A stretch of 64,000 bases of DNA from Gammaproteobacteria bacterium (GTDB lineage Bacteria; Pseudomonadota; Gammaproteobacteria; CBDBNL01; JAAOII01): the NCBI GenBank assembly GCA_965209035.1, contig OZ242372.1:648958-712957 (forward strand), given 5' to 3'. The notes under the pieces were generated by a model. That model was not told where the DNA came from. It made no database searches and saw only the letters and a list, made by a program, of their open reading frames with translations. Shown here one piece after another: positions 10,035 to 19,259 of the stretch (position 1 is the first letter of the stretch; every line of letters begins with the position of its first letter). The translations under genes were made by a program, and so were the position numbers.

Positions 10035-10547
10035 ATGCAAAAAAATATTTTTCTAACACTTACGATCCTACTCTGCTGGGGCAGTGTTGCGATCGCCTAC
10101 TTTTACTTTCAGTTGTTCGTCGGTCTGCCCCCCTGCCCTTTGTGTATCCTGGACAGGATGGTCTTGATCTTCATCGGCGTCTGTGTCGCCGGGATGCTGT
10201 TTCTGCCGGGCCTCGCCAAACGCATCGCCTATGCTCTCGCACTGCTCGGCCTGGTTGCCGGTCTTGCCGTCGGCATCCGACATGTTTTGTTGGAACGCTT
10301 GCCACACGACAGCGGCAGTTCGGGCGGCTGTATTCCACAAAAACAGGCGCAGGGTCTGTTGGAATTTTTGACTTCCGCGTTTATTGGCACGGGAGACTGC
10401 GGGGTGGTTTATTGGACTCTGTGGGGGTTCAGCCTGGCGGACTTCACCCTCGTCCTGTATGCGGTTATTGCCTTTTTTTTATTGTTTTTGTTTCCGGCCC
10501 GTCCCGGTCGGTCCTCAAAAGGGGGGGGAATAGAGAGGGAGAAATAA
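10035..10547 (+). CDS. dsbB: Disulfide bond formation protein B
   Basis: Four-TM protein with a 'PCPLC' first Cys pair and a second Cys pair ('GGCIPQ...GDCG') in the second periplasmic loop. Size and topology match DsbB. Confidence 0.72.
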   Translation: MQKNIFLTLTILLCWGSVAIAYFYFQLFVGLPPCPLCILDRMVLIFIGVCVAGMLFLPGLAKRIAYALALLGLVAGLAVGIRHVLLERLPHDSGSSGGCIPQKQAQGLLEFLTSAFIGTGDCGVVYWTLWGFSLADFTLVLYAVIAFFLLFLFPARPGRSSKGGGIEREK

Positions 10548-10566
10548 GGATACTAAAAATTCGGAA

Positions 10567-12027
10567 CTAAAAGTGATAGACAAGGCCGTATTGCATCCTC
10601 AGGCGCGGATACTCGGCATTGTTGCGTCCGTTAAAGGTTTCGTGATACAAGTAGCCGATCTCATAGATAAAGTTTAGTCCTTCCCGCACCTCGTGCAGAT
10701 AGTTGAAATGCAACGAGTGCAAAGACTTTGTGGCACCGCCGCCCAATGCCAGTTCGTGTTCCTCGTCTGTCAGGGTGCCACTGAGAATTAAATTGTATCT
10801 TTTGCCGAAGTCCGCGCCAAACACATAGGAATGACTCGTAACCTCCGCCAGTTTGTAATCCGTCGCCCCCCGTTGAAACACCTTGGTCGGTACCACTATA
10901 TAAGACGGGTTGGGGTTGTCGCGCAGGTAGGTGCCACCGTTGTAGATGTATGCCAACTGAATGGCACTGTCGCGTAAAAAGTGCCATCGCCCGCCCAGGT
11001 GAAAGCCGGGGCTTAACACACTCAACCCGCCGGAAAGGGCCTCGTTGAGAGCCAGTTCTTCTTTCAATGCCGGCACTGGCACGGTAGAACCGCCATCGTC
11101 GGCATCGCTCCTCAGTTGTAGCAGCCCTTCGTCTTCTTCAAACAACAGCGGCGCGTTATTGTCCAAACGGACATAACGCATTACCAGGGATACGAACCAA
11201 TCCTGATCCGGCCGTTTTCGGTAATAAGTAAAAACAAAATCCGGTAACACACCGCGGGTTCGGAGACGTCGCCCAACCTTATAAATCCTCTTGTCCTCTC
11301 CATTAAGATCAACAACGTGTACGCGCGGATCGGTAAACACCGTATGCGAGTTCAAATTATCCGCAGGCACATTCTCCGTATCAGTCAGCCCAAAGCCGCG
11401 ATACACCGGATTGTTCGCCTCTTCAAAACCCAAGTAGTAATCTTCACCGAGCCTCAGTCGGATCAGGAACTGCCGCTTGTAGGGAACACCGACGGGGCCG
11501 TTGTATTCAATGAAGTGCGGATAAAAATCCTGTTGAAAATCGGTAAAAGTGGACCAGCCATAACCGAAACTCACGCTCTTGTATTCCGCCCACAATCTGT
11601 ATAGGCGCGGCACAAAGGGATCTTCCCTGTCGCCTTCCATAATGCCCTCGGCGAACACATCATGATGCTCCCCGCGGTGCCCGATACGCACCCGCGAGCC
11701 ACTTAGGGTCCCGCCAAATACGGGCGTATCCGAAAGAAGAGGGCGGCAGTTTAATACATTTCCATCCTCGTCCAGATCCGTAGGAATGCAGGTATTGTCG
11801 GCATCCGGGTCACCGCCGCCGTAATCACCGAACACCGGGGTGCGGGCGGCACGCAGATATGGATCCGCATAAATACTGTCGGCAAAAACACCCACTTGCA
11901 GTTGCCCGCTTACATACCAATCGTCTTCCGATGCTTTCGGTTCGGATTCTTGTGCCGCAAGAACCGGAGGCAACAACAGAACGCAAAAAAACAGGACCGT
12001 GCAGTCACGGTAAATGCGGTATCCCAA
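10567..12027 (-). CDS. Outer-membrane beta-barrel protein of unknown function (signal peptide, C-terminal aromatic 'YHF')
   Basis: N-terminal signal peptide (LFFCVLLLPPVLAAQE), alternating amphipathic beta-strand-like segments rich in Y/F/G, and a C-terminal Phe typical of BAM substrates. Only a TTG start is available in frame. Confidence 0.55.
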   Translation of the reverse strand: MGYRIYRDCTVLFFCVLLLPPVLAAQESEPKASEDDWYVSGQLQVGVFADSIYADPYLRAARTPVFGDYGGGDPDADNTCIPTDLDEDGNVLNCRPLLSDTPVFGGTLSGSRVRIGHRGEHHDVFAEGIMEGDREDPFVPRLYRLWAEYKSVSFGYGWSTFTDFQQDFYPHFIEYNGPVGVPYKRQFLIRLRLGEDYYLGFEEANNPVYRGFGLTDTENVPADNLNSHTVFTDPRVHVVDLNGEDKRIYKVGRRLRTRGVLPDFVFTYYRKRPDQDWFVSLVMRYVRLDNNAPLLFEEDEGLLQLRSDADDGGSTVPVPALKEELALNEALSGGLSVLSPGFHLGGRWHFLRDSAIQLAYIYNGGTYLRDNPNPSYIVVPTKVFQRGATDYKLAEVTSHSYVFGADFGKRYNLILSGTLTDEEHELALGGGATKSLHSLHFNYLHEVREGLNFIYEIGYLYHETFNGRNNAEYPRLRMQYGLVYHF

Positions 12028-12036
12028 AATCTTTTA

Positions 12037-12710
12037 TTAAAACGGATTAAAGTAAGGGTCCAATGTCGTGTACCTGTTAGCCGCGCATGCGGGTGCGTTA
12101 GCCACTTGTCTTGTATCGCCGGGAATCCCAAGGCCAAGATAGAGAGTTTCCCCCTCACGCAAGTAAACACTGCAAACTCTTGCTCTGCCCTGTCTCGCTG
12201 CATCTCCCGCATAGACATAATTGATGGCAGTTGTAGTTCGATTCATACCGCCCAGTGTGGCTATGATTGATCCGGCGGAAAATACGGTGCCGGCGGCGGC
12301 CGCTATATGAGATCTAATACGGGAACGGTCCAATGGAATAATCCGTGCCTGTTGAATAATAGTATTCCTGTCGGCTTCCGACAGCTGCTCGGCATAGCTG
12401 CCGTCTTCCAAATTACATTTAGCGGGATTACTGCCGGATTGCTGAACATAACCCGAAACGGCCTTGCTACCCTCAAAATAAAAAAAACAACGGGTGGGTG
12501 TGTTGCCGACCAGGTCAAATACGGTGCAACCGCAAGCATTGGCTTGGATCCAAAGTCCTTGCAGAGCCTCAATACCGTCGCCGGAGGAGCCGCTGTTGCC
12601 ACCGCCGCCGCAGCCTGAAAGAACAAGCAGCGGAAACAGAGGCAGCAGGCATTTTCTAAAAAACCCCTTGCGAAAAGACGCCGGTTTTGTCAATTTTGTA
12701 AGATAATTCA
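12037..12710 (-). CDS. Cys-rich lipoprotein of unknown function
   Basis: Lipobox 'LLVLSGC' followed by a Gly/Ser linker. ATG at 12710 (MNYLTKLTKP...) chosen over the longer ORF. It ends 9 nt before the outer-membrane protein gene on the same strand, so it is probably co-transcribed. Confidence 0.5.
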
Positions 12711-12895
12711 TTTCCTTATTATACAATTCTTTACTGTCGTTTTTTTCACGGAATGACCCCGCAATACATCTAATGCGACAACAGAAGCACACCAAAACAA
12801 TACGCAACGGACTTCGCAAACGCAAATAGCAGCCGTTATCCCGGGATCTATTGCCGCACGATCGCAAGGCAACGGAATAAACCTATGCAGTTTTT

Positions 12896-14026
12896 TCACA
12901 GAACCACCAAGTTATCGCGATGAATCAATTCGGGTTCGTATTCATAGCCCAAAATCTTGCCTATCTCACCGCTGGCCTTACCGCAAAGTTTTTGACAGTC
13001 CGCCGTCCCGTAATTAACCAGACCGCGCACAACTTCTTTCCCTTTACTGTCATAGCAACCGACCGGATCGCCACGCTCAAACAGCCCTTCAGCACGCACA
13101 ACCCCCACAGGCAGCAAACTGACACCGCTATGGAACACCGCTCGGATGGCGCCGTCGTCCAGATAGAGTTTACCGCGCGGCCGCAACTGGCCGACAAGCC
13201 AACGCTTGCGGGCTGCGGAAGGGGCCCGTCCCGCTCTAAACAGGCTGCCGATATCTTCTCCCAGATGAAGACGACACAACACATTTCGCTCGCCGCCGTG
13301 TGCGACCCGGGTGGGTGTGCCGGAATGCGCCGCCAGACGCGCCGCCCGAATTTTTGTCAGCATACCGCCGCGCCCCAATTCGCCCTTACCGCCGGCAAGG
13401 GCCGCCGTTTTTTCGTCTTCCGCATTCGCTTCTTTGATTAATTTTGCATTCGGAAACAGGCGCGGGTCCGCATCATACAGACCGTCGCAATCCGTCAAAA
13501 TAACGAGAAGATCCGCATTCAACAGATTGGCCGTCATGGCGGCAAGTTCGTCATTATTGCCGAAACAGACTTCCTCATCCAGCAGGGTATCGTTTTCGTT
13601 AACAATCGGCACAAGCCCCAAGTCCAGCAACCTAATCAGAGTGGCGCGCGCATTCAGATAACTTTTGCGTCTTTCCAGGTCATAGTGCGTGAGTAACACC
13701 TGCGCGACACGAAGCCCGTAGGTATCGGCAATGTGTCGCCAGGTACTCATCACAGTCGGCTGTCCCACCGCGGCAGCGGCCTGGAGACTCCGCAACGAAA
13801 CATCCTTTTCTTTCCAACCCAACACTTGTCTGCCGGCTGCCACAGCCCCGGAAGAAACCAACACCAACCGCAGGCCGCGGTCGCGCAGCTCCGCCAACTG
13901 ACGACAAAGGGAATTAATCAGTTGATCGTTGAGCCCCTCTTCTGTCTGACCCTGTTGTGCCAATAAGGAACTGCCGATCTTAACAATCCACAAGGGCGTC
14001 TCGGCGGTCTTTTTTGCTATGTTCAT
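12896..14026 (-). CDS. proB: Glutamate 5-kinase (with C-terminal PUA domain)
   Basis: 'IVKIGSSLL' N-terminus, amino-acid kinase fold and a C-terminal PUA-like region. Full-length collinearity with ProB. Confidence 0.9.
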   Translation of the reverse strand: MNIAKKTAETPLWIVKIGSSLLAQQGQTEEGLNDQLINSLCRQLAELRDRGLRLVLVSSGAVAAGRQVLGWKEKDVSLRSLQAAAAVGQPTVMSTWRHIADTYGLRVAQVLLTHYDLERRKSYLNARATLIRLLDLGLVPIVNENDTLLDEEVCFGNNDELAAMTANLLNADLLVILTDCDGLYDADPRLFPNAKLIKEANAEDEKTAALAGGKGELGRGGMLTKIRAARLAAHSGTPTRVAHGGERNVLCRLHLGEDIGSLFRAGRAPSAARKRWLVGQLRPRGKLYLDDGAIRAVFHSGVSLLPVGVVRAEGLFERGDPVGCYDSKGKEVVRGLVNYGTADCQKLCGKASGEIGKILGYEYEPELIHRDNLVVL

Positions 14027-14495
14027 CGTCTTTTAATTTTAGGATACCGGACCGCAAATTTGGGCCGCAGATTTGATGCGACAGCCCGCAACAGCCGATA
14101 AAAGTCCGAATTCCCGGAACTCTGGCCAATCTCCCCCAATCTCCCGGTGGCGTGACACAAGATGAACACCAAGTGTCCGCCACAGGAATCTGTAAGTGCA
14201 TCCGTCAGTCGTCGGACAGCCGTCAATGCGAACCCGGAGGATATGGTCGTCGCGGTCCCGACACATTCCTTGCCGTAATTGTGTAAAAGAACTTGTCTTT
14301 GTTACGGATGCGGAGTTGCAAATGCGGAAAATACCGTTCAATATTCAAAGGGCGTATCTTGTTGTACCTTTTGGGAAAATTTTCATTCCTTTGGCAGACT
14401 AAGGCTTTCAATTGTTGCGTATGTTTCGTATATTTCATGTGTTGCATACCGGAATCGCAAAAAATACTCGTTGATGATGACTGATGATTAATGCC

Positions 14496-15566
14496 TTAAT
14501 CGGAGACGGGCTTGGCGGCGGGAGCAGCTGGATTCTCGAGAAGCGAAGAGTCGCCGGTGTTGCGGGCGGTATCGGCGGCCAGGAATGTTCGCACCTTCCG
14601 GCAAACCGCATCCACCCCCTCACCTCGCAGAGAGGATACCTTGTAAACCGGCAGACCAAATTGTTTGAGTTGGTTGAGTCGCAAACTAAGGCACTTCGCA
14701 TCCGGCAGATCGGCCTTGGAACCGAGAATCCACCTGGGTATCCTTAGCAGGTTTTTGTCAAAGGCACTCAACTCTCTTTCAAAAATGCGGACATCTTCCG
14801 CGGGGTCTGCACCCGACAAGTCCGTCAGATGAAACAGCAGACGCGCCCTGCGGATATGCCTTAAAAATTCCAAACCCAGTCCTTTGCCGGCGGCGGCTCC
14901 CTTTATGATACCGGGTAAATCCGCCAGGATTAGACCCCGTTCCGCCCCGGACACAGCCTCCGCAAAAACACCGCATGCCGGATCCAGCGTGGTGAACGGA
15001 TAGTTGGCAACCTTTGGTTTGGCGGCCGTCGCGGCGGCAAGAAACGAAGACTTGCCCGCATTCGGCAGACCGACCAGCCCGACATCCGACAGAATTCGCA
15101 ATTCCAATTTTAGTTTTCGCTTCTCGCCCGGGAATCCCGAAGTGGCTTTAACCGGCGCCCGTCGGACGGAGCTCTTGAAATGCCTGTTGCCGTATCCGCC
15201 CTTGCCGCCGTAGGCGACCGCCAACCGTTCGCCGTCTGTCATAACTTCTCCAATCCGTTCGTCGCTGTCGGCGTCATATACCAGAGTCCCAATCGGCACG
15301 GGTAACACAAGCTCTTTGCCGTCCGCTCCCCGCCTGTTTGTTTTGCCTCCGGATTTGCCGGACGGCGCCGCATAGGCATCGGTGTACTTGTAATCCAACA
15401 GACTGTGCAGTTTGTCATCGCCCAACAAGAACACATCGCCCCCCTTGCCGCCGTCGCCGCCGTCCGGTCCGCCGCGGGCGACATTTTTTTCTCGCCGGAA
15501 GGAAACAATTCCTTTGCCGCCATCGCCGGCCTTCACCGTGATTAAGGCACCGTCAACAAACCGCAT
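14496..15566 (-). CDS. obg: GTPase Obg/CgtA
   Basis: Gly-rich Obg fold N-domain ('KAGDGGKG', 'GGPDGGDGGKGG'), G-domain 'GLVGLPNAGKSS', and 'NYPFTTLDP'. First ATG at 15566. Confidence 0.9.
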   Translation of the reverse strand: MRFVDGALITVKAGDGGKGIVSFRREKNVARGGPDGGDGGKGGDVFLLGDDKLHSLLDYKYTDAYAAPSGKSGGKTNRRGADGKELVLPVPIGTLVYDADSDERIGEVMTDGERLAVAYGGKGGYGNRHFKSSVRRAPVKATSGFPGEKRKLKLELRILSDVGLVGLPNAGKSSFLAAATAAKPKVANYPFTTLDPACGVFAEAVSGAERGLILADLPGIIKGAAAGKGLGLEFLRHIRRARLLFHLTDLSGADPAEDVRIFERELSAFDKNLLRIPRWILGSKADLPDAKCLSLRLNQLKQFGLPVYKVSSLRGEGVDAVCRKVRTFLAADTARNTGDSSLLENPAAPAAKPVSD

Positions 15567-16070
15567 GATCAATGAAAAACATCACCTTACCGGTATCAAG
15601 GGGAACCCCTGCCGATGAGAGTGTTTTGAGGATGTATCCCAAAATACGAATGCCTCCCGCACAGCATAACCGAAAAAGAGCGGGGGAACGCATGCCGATG
15701 CAAATTGTTTTTGGGAAGCCGGCAGGAAGCAACCGGAATGCAGCCGGGAATAGGGATGCTGTCCGCATAGCCGCGGGGACCGAGGTCGCGTTGGAATTGA
15801 TCTTGTTGTGAGCGATTTGAGGAACTCACAACTCACCCCGGAGGACTGTTTGGGCCCTAAGTTTTTTGCGTGTTCGGGCTGTTTAAGCATCTAAATTTCT
15901 AAAAAGCCCAAATCGTCCGGGGTGTCCGAACCGTCCGAACTGTCCAAACCTTATAAGATTTGTAATCTGTCTTATCTGACTTACCCGCCTTATTTTTTTA
16001 CCCTACCCCAACTCGTAGGATTGGATTGGATTGGATTGACCCTCACATTGCGCCCGGTGAGGTTTCCGAA

Positions 16071-16331
16071 TCAGACGGGCGGCAGAATATCTATGTACTT
16101 GCGTCTGTGCGGGCCGCGCACCGAAAAGGATACAACTCCGTCCGCCTTGGCAAAAAGAGTCCAATCGCCGCCACAGCCGACATTGTCACCCGCGTGAAAC
16201 CCTGTACCGCGCTGGCGGACAATAATGTTGCCGGAACGCACCTTTTGGCCGCCGAAACGCTTGACACCAAGTCGTTTGGAATGCGAATCTCGACCGTTGC
16301 GAGTGCTACCCGCCGCTTTTTTATGTGCCAT
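16071..16331 (-). CDS. rpmA: 50S ribosomal protein L27
   Basis: '[16 protein letters not shown]...' is near-identical to the bacterial L27 N-terminus. 85 aa. Confidence 0.95.
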   Translation of the reverse strand: MAHKKAAGSTRNGRDSHSKRLGVKRFGGQKVRSGNIIVRQRGTGFHAGDNVGCGGDWTLFAKADGVVSFSVRGPHRRKYIDILPPV

Positions 16332-16397
16332 AACTTCTAACTTTTATTGATTTATCAATCTATTGGTCTATTAATTTATGAATGTTCCTCAATGTAT

Positions 16398-17264
16398 TTA
16401 TTTTGAACCCTTTTTCTGAGCCGACCTGCGTCCGAAAAGTTTGCCGACTACGGAGCGACCCGGCTTCTTGGCTGCCATCTTGGGGTCAATAGCGGGCGAA
16501 GCGGGTTTGGCTGCCGGACTCGCTTTCTCCGACTTGGATGGTTGAACAGTCGGGGAAGATTTTTTTGTGTCTTTTTGTTTCTCTTTTAATAACAATTCCA
16601 CTCCCGCCCCTGTGTCCGTCCGGGTCTGTTTTGCCGCCGGCTCGGATGCAACGGAACTCCCTTTCGCCAGTTTTGAACCCTTTGCCGGCGACGATGTCCC
16701 GGATGTTTCGGCCGGCGTGACAGCGGCACTCTTTGCGGTTCCTTTGACGGAAAGGGCCGCGGCCTTACCGCTCGGCGGCGGGAGGCGAACAGGGCGGTTA
16801 AGAGATGCTCTGAGTTTTGTTACTTTATCGGAATCGGGTTTTTCGTCCGCCCCCAAAATTAATACTTCCGTGAACCACTGGCGATGTCCCTGTCGCTTCA
16901 AACTGTGCTTGCGCCGCTTAAACTTGATGATCCTTATCTTGTCGCTTCTCGCATGGCGGATCACGACCGCACGCACTGTTTGGTTGGCAAGGTATGGTGT
17001 GCCGAATTCAGTTTTAGTATTCATGCCGTTGCCCTTGCTACTGCTGTCGGCACCGCCATTATTACCATGACCTTCGCCTTGAGGGCTGCCGGCGGCATCA
17101 TCGGATTTGGCGGCGGAATCACCCTGTGCGGCAAAAAGGACCTTGTCAAAAAGAACCTCTTCGCCCTCTCGCTGGTTTAGTTTTTCCAAACGGACAAGCG
17201 AACCGACGGCAACTCGGTATTGCTTGCCACCGCTTTCAAAAATTTTGTAAGACACAGAAGACAT
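16398..17264 (-). CDS. rplU: 50S ribosomal protein L21 with an internal insert and a long K/A/S/P-rich C-terminal extension
   Basis: The L21 core ('FESGGKQYRV...RLEKL', 'KFKRRKHSLKRQGHRQWFTEV') is conserved. A roughly 33-aa insert and a low-complexity tail of about 150 aa follow the core, compared with about 103 aa in E. coli. Confidence 0.85.
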   Translation of the reverse strand: MSSVSYKIFESGGKQYRVAVGSLVRLEKLNQREGEEVLFDKVLFAAQGDSAAKSDDAAGSPQGEGHGNNGGADSSSKGNGMNTKTEFGTPYLANQTVRAVVIRHARSDKIRIIKFKRRKHSLKRQGHRQWFTEVLILGADEKPDSDKVTKLRASLNRPVRLPPPSGKAAALSVKGTAKSAAVTPAETSGTSSPAKGSKLAKGSSVASEPAAKQTRTDTGAGVELLLKEKQKDTKKSSPTVQPSKSEKASPAAKPASPAIDPKMAAKKPGRSVVGKLFGRRSAQKKGSK

Positions 17265-17299
17265 AATGTTTTTATTTTATAACAAACCACACATTAATA

Positions 17300-17387
17300 G
17301 GGCAAAAACCGCACTATTTTCCAAACCCGAATAAAAATAATCCCCGTATCGCCCTGCTCGGTTTGGAAAATAGTGCGGTTTTTGCCC
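17300..17387. repeat. Perfect 28-bp inverted repeat (GGGCAAAAACCGCACTATTTTCCAAACC / GGTTTGGAAAATAGTGCGGTTTTTGCCC) with a roughly 32-nt loop, between the tsaB 3' end and the rplU 5' end
   Basis: Read directly. It lies about 35 nt upstream of the rplU start. Confidence 0.8.
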
Positions 17388-17613
17388 GCGCCGAACCCGC
17401 GAGAATTGTTTAGTAAGCATAATAGCGCAGTTTGAAGGTTCTCAAAAAAGCCCGTCAATGCGTTTGGGCGTTTGGCGTTGAACGCCCAAAGATTTTAAAC
17501 AGAATATGTCGCGACTATTCCGCCGGGGTTCGGTAAAATTTGCACGTTTCGGTACCGTATGCTTGCAAAGAAGGGATGTTATTTCATATAAAAGCATATA
17601 AAAGCAAGGATGA

Positions 17614-18393
17614 CTAAACCGCCCGATTCGGGTAAATTGGCAAGAGTTTGTCCGGCGAACAGAATTGTGGTTTGGGTATGTTGCCGAGCCACTCCAGCAG
17701 GTCGACAGCCAACGGGTGAGATTCCGGGAAAAGAACGATCCGTTTTTTTATGGAGCGGTTTCCGGATGCACCAAAAATCTTCCAAGCGTCTCCCGGCACC
17801 ACCAAAGGGTGTTTTGTTTTGGGCAGAAGGTCGGCGGTGATTTCGGCGGGGCTGCTTAAAGATGCCGTTCCGTATTCACCGGGATTGGCGGGTTGAACCG
17901 CATCCGGCACAGGGGCGACGGCATCTTTTGCGAGAGAAGGCCCTTTTTGTTTTTGTTTTTCTTTTTGTTTTGATGACGACTGATAACATGCCCAATATAT
18001 CCGACCAAAACGGGCGTCTGTCATCGGCAAGATGACGCAGTTTGCAATGCCGGCTTTGCGGGCGAGATTCTGTCCGCGGAGGGCAAGGGATTGCATGGAA
18101 GAGACTCCGAACACGGGGATGTCGGCGGCATAAGCAAGCGATTGGGTTGCGGCGACTCCGAGCCGCACTCCCATGAGAGATCCGGGACCGATATCACAGA
18201 CAATGGTATGCAATTGCCGAATGCGGATTTGAGATTCCGCCAGAAGTCTGTCGATCATGGGCAGTAATAAGCGATTATGCACCCGGGGCTTGACACGCAA
18301 CAGTTGCCGAACGGGACCCTTGCCACCCAACTGCAAGGCAACCGAGCAGGCGGATGAACCGCAACTAATTGCAAGTCGGTAGTCGTGCGGCAT
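17614..18393 (-). CDS. tsaB: tRNA threonylcarbamoyladenosine biosynthesis protein TsaB (YeaZ)
   Basis: ASKHA-fold 'GPGSLMGVRLGVA' motif, with size and N-terminal architecture of TsaB. Contains a KQKEKQKQK low-complexity insert. Confidence 0.75.
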   Translation of the reverse strand: MPHDYRLAISCGSSACSVALQLGGKGPVRQLLRVKPRVHNRLLLPMIDRLLAESQIRIRQLHTIVCDIGPGSLMGVRLGVAATQSLAYAADIPVFGVSSMQSLALRGQNLARKAGIANCVILPMTDARFGRIYWACYQSSSKQKEKQKQKGPSLAKDAVAPVPDAVQPANPGEYGTASLSSPAEITADLLPKTKHPLVVPGDAWKIFGASGNRSIKKRIVLFPESHPLAVDLLEWLGNIPKPQFCSPDKLLPIYPNRAV

Positions 18394-18528
18394 GCATTAA
18401 TACATTAATGAATGATGATGCGGTTTTTATTTTTTGTGTTTTTGCATTGGAAGGAGAAATCACCTGTACCGAAACACTCGGGCGGACGCTCTTTCTTTTA
18501 AGGGAGCAGAGTTTAGCGGGCAGTCTAA

Positions 18529-19170
18529 CTAAAACAGGTCTTTCAGTTGTTGGGTTAGGACATCCGCGGACAGAGTCGCATCCGGACGATGATAGCGGCA
18601 ATCGGTTTCGGCGGAAAGTTTTTGGTAGTAGGAGCAGACTTTCAAGGTGGTGTTGGCATAGTCTTCTATGCGTTTTTGGACCGATTCGCGGGTGTCGTCC
18701 GCCCGTTGTTCCAAAGGTTCGCCGGTAATGTCGTCCTTGCCTTCGGATTTGGGCGGGTTAAACAAAAGATTGTAGATACGGCCGGATGCCGCATGCACTC
18801 GGCGGCTGCTGAGCCGTTTGATGAGATCCTCGGTCGGGCAGTAAAATTCCACAACATGATCTATGCGGATGTTGTGTTGTTTGAGGTATTCGGCTTGGTT
18901 GACAGTGCGCGGGATACCGTCAAGAATAAAGCCGGCGGCACAATCGGGCTGTTGCAAACGATTAACAACCAATTCCCCGATGATTGCATCTTCTATCAGT
19001 TCGCCTTTGTTCATTTTCTGTTTTACCCGACGCCCCAGTTCGCTGTTGCGGCGCGTTTCGTCGCGCAGCATGTCGCCCGTGCTGATATGAGCAATGCCGA
19101 AATGCCGGGATAGGACCGCGGACTGAGTTCCTTTGCCGCTGCCGGGCGGACCGAGAAAAACAATATTCAT
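18529..19170 (-). CDS. adk: Adenylate kinase
   Basis: 'MNIVFLGPPGSGKGTQ' P-loop and the LID and NMP-binding regions. 213 aa. Confidence 0.92.
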   Translation of the reverse strand: MNIVFLGPPGSGKGTQSAVLSRHFGIAHISTGDMLRDETRRNSELGRRVKQKMNKGELIEDAIIGELVVNRLQQPDCAAGFILDGIPRTVNQAEYLKQHNIRIDHVVEFYCPTEDLIKRLSSRRVHAASGRIYNLLFNPPKSEGKDDITGEPLEQRADDTRESVQKRIEDYANTTLKVCSYYQKLSAETDCRYHRPDATLSADVLTQQLKDLF

Positions 19171-19259
19171 TCTTGTCTTATGTTTGTTTAGGGTTGGTTA
19201 GGTTTGCCAAAGTTTGGAAGCGCGGCGGTATGCGTATACCTGCGAATGCGGGTATGCCG

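Noticed and set aside
12307-12618. Ala-rich ORFs on both strands inside the lipoprotein gene
   Set aside because: They are products of the GC-rich Gly/Ser/Ala-coding region of the lipoprotein. They are mutually exclusive with the better-supported lipobox-containing frame.
14027-14495. Decayed rpsT (S20) or other ribosomal gene between obg and proB
   Set aside because: None of the six frames yields an S20-like Lys/Ala-rich sequence (MANIKSAKKR...) or any other recognisable remnant. Left as non-coding spacer.
16567-17070. 167-aa plus-strand ORF antisense to the rplU tail
   Set aside because: It mirrors the low-complexity GC-rich tail of rplU. There is no start context or motif, so it is spurious.
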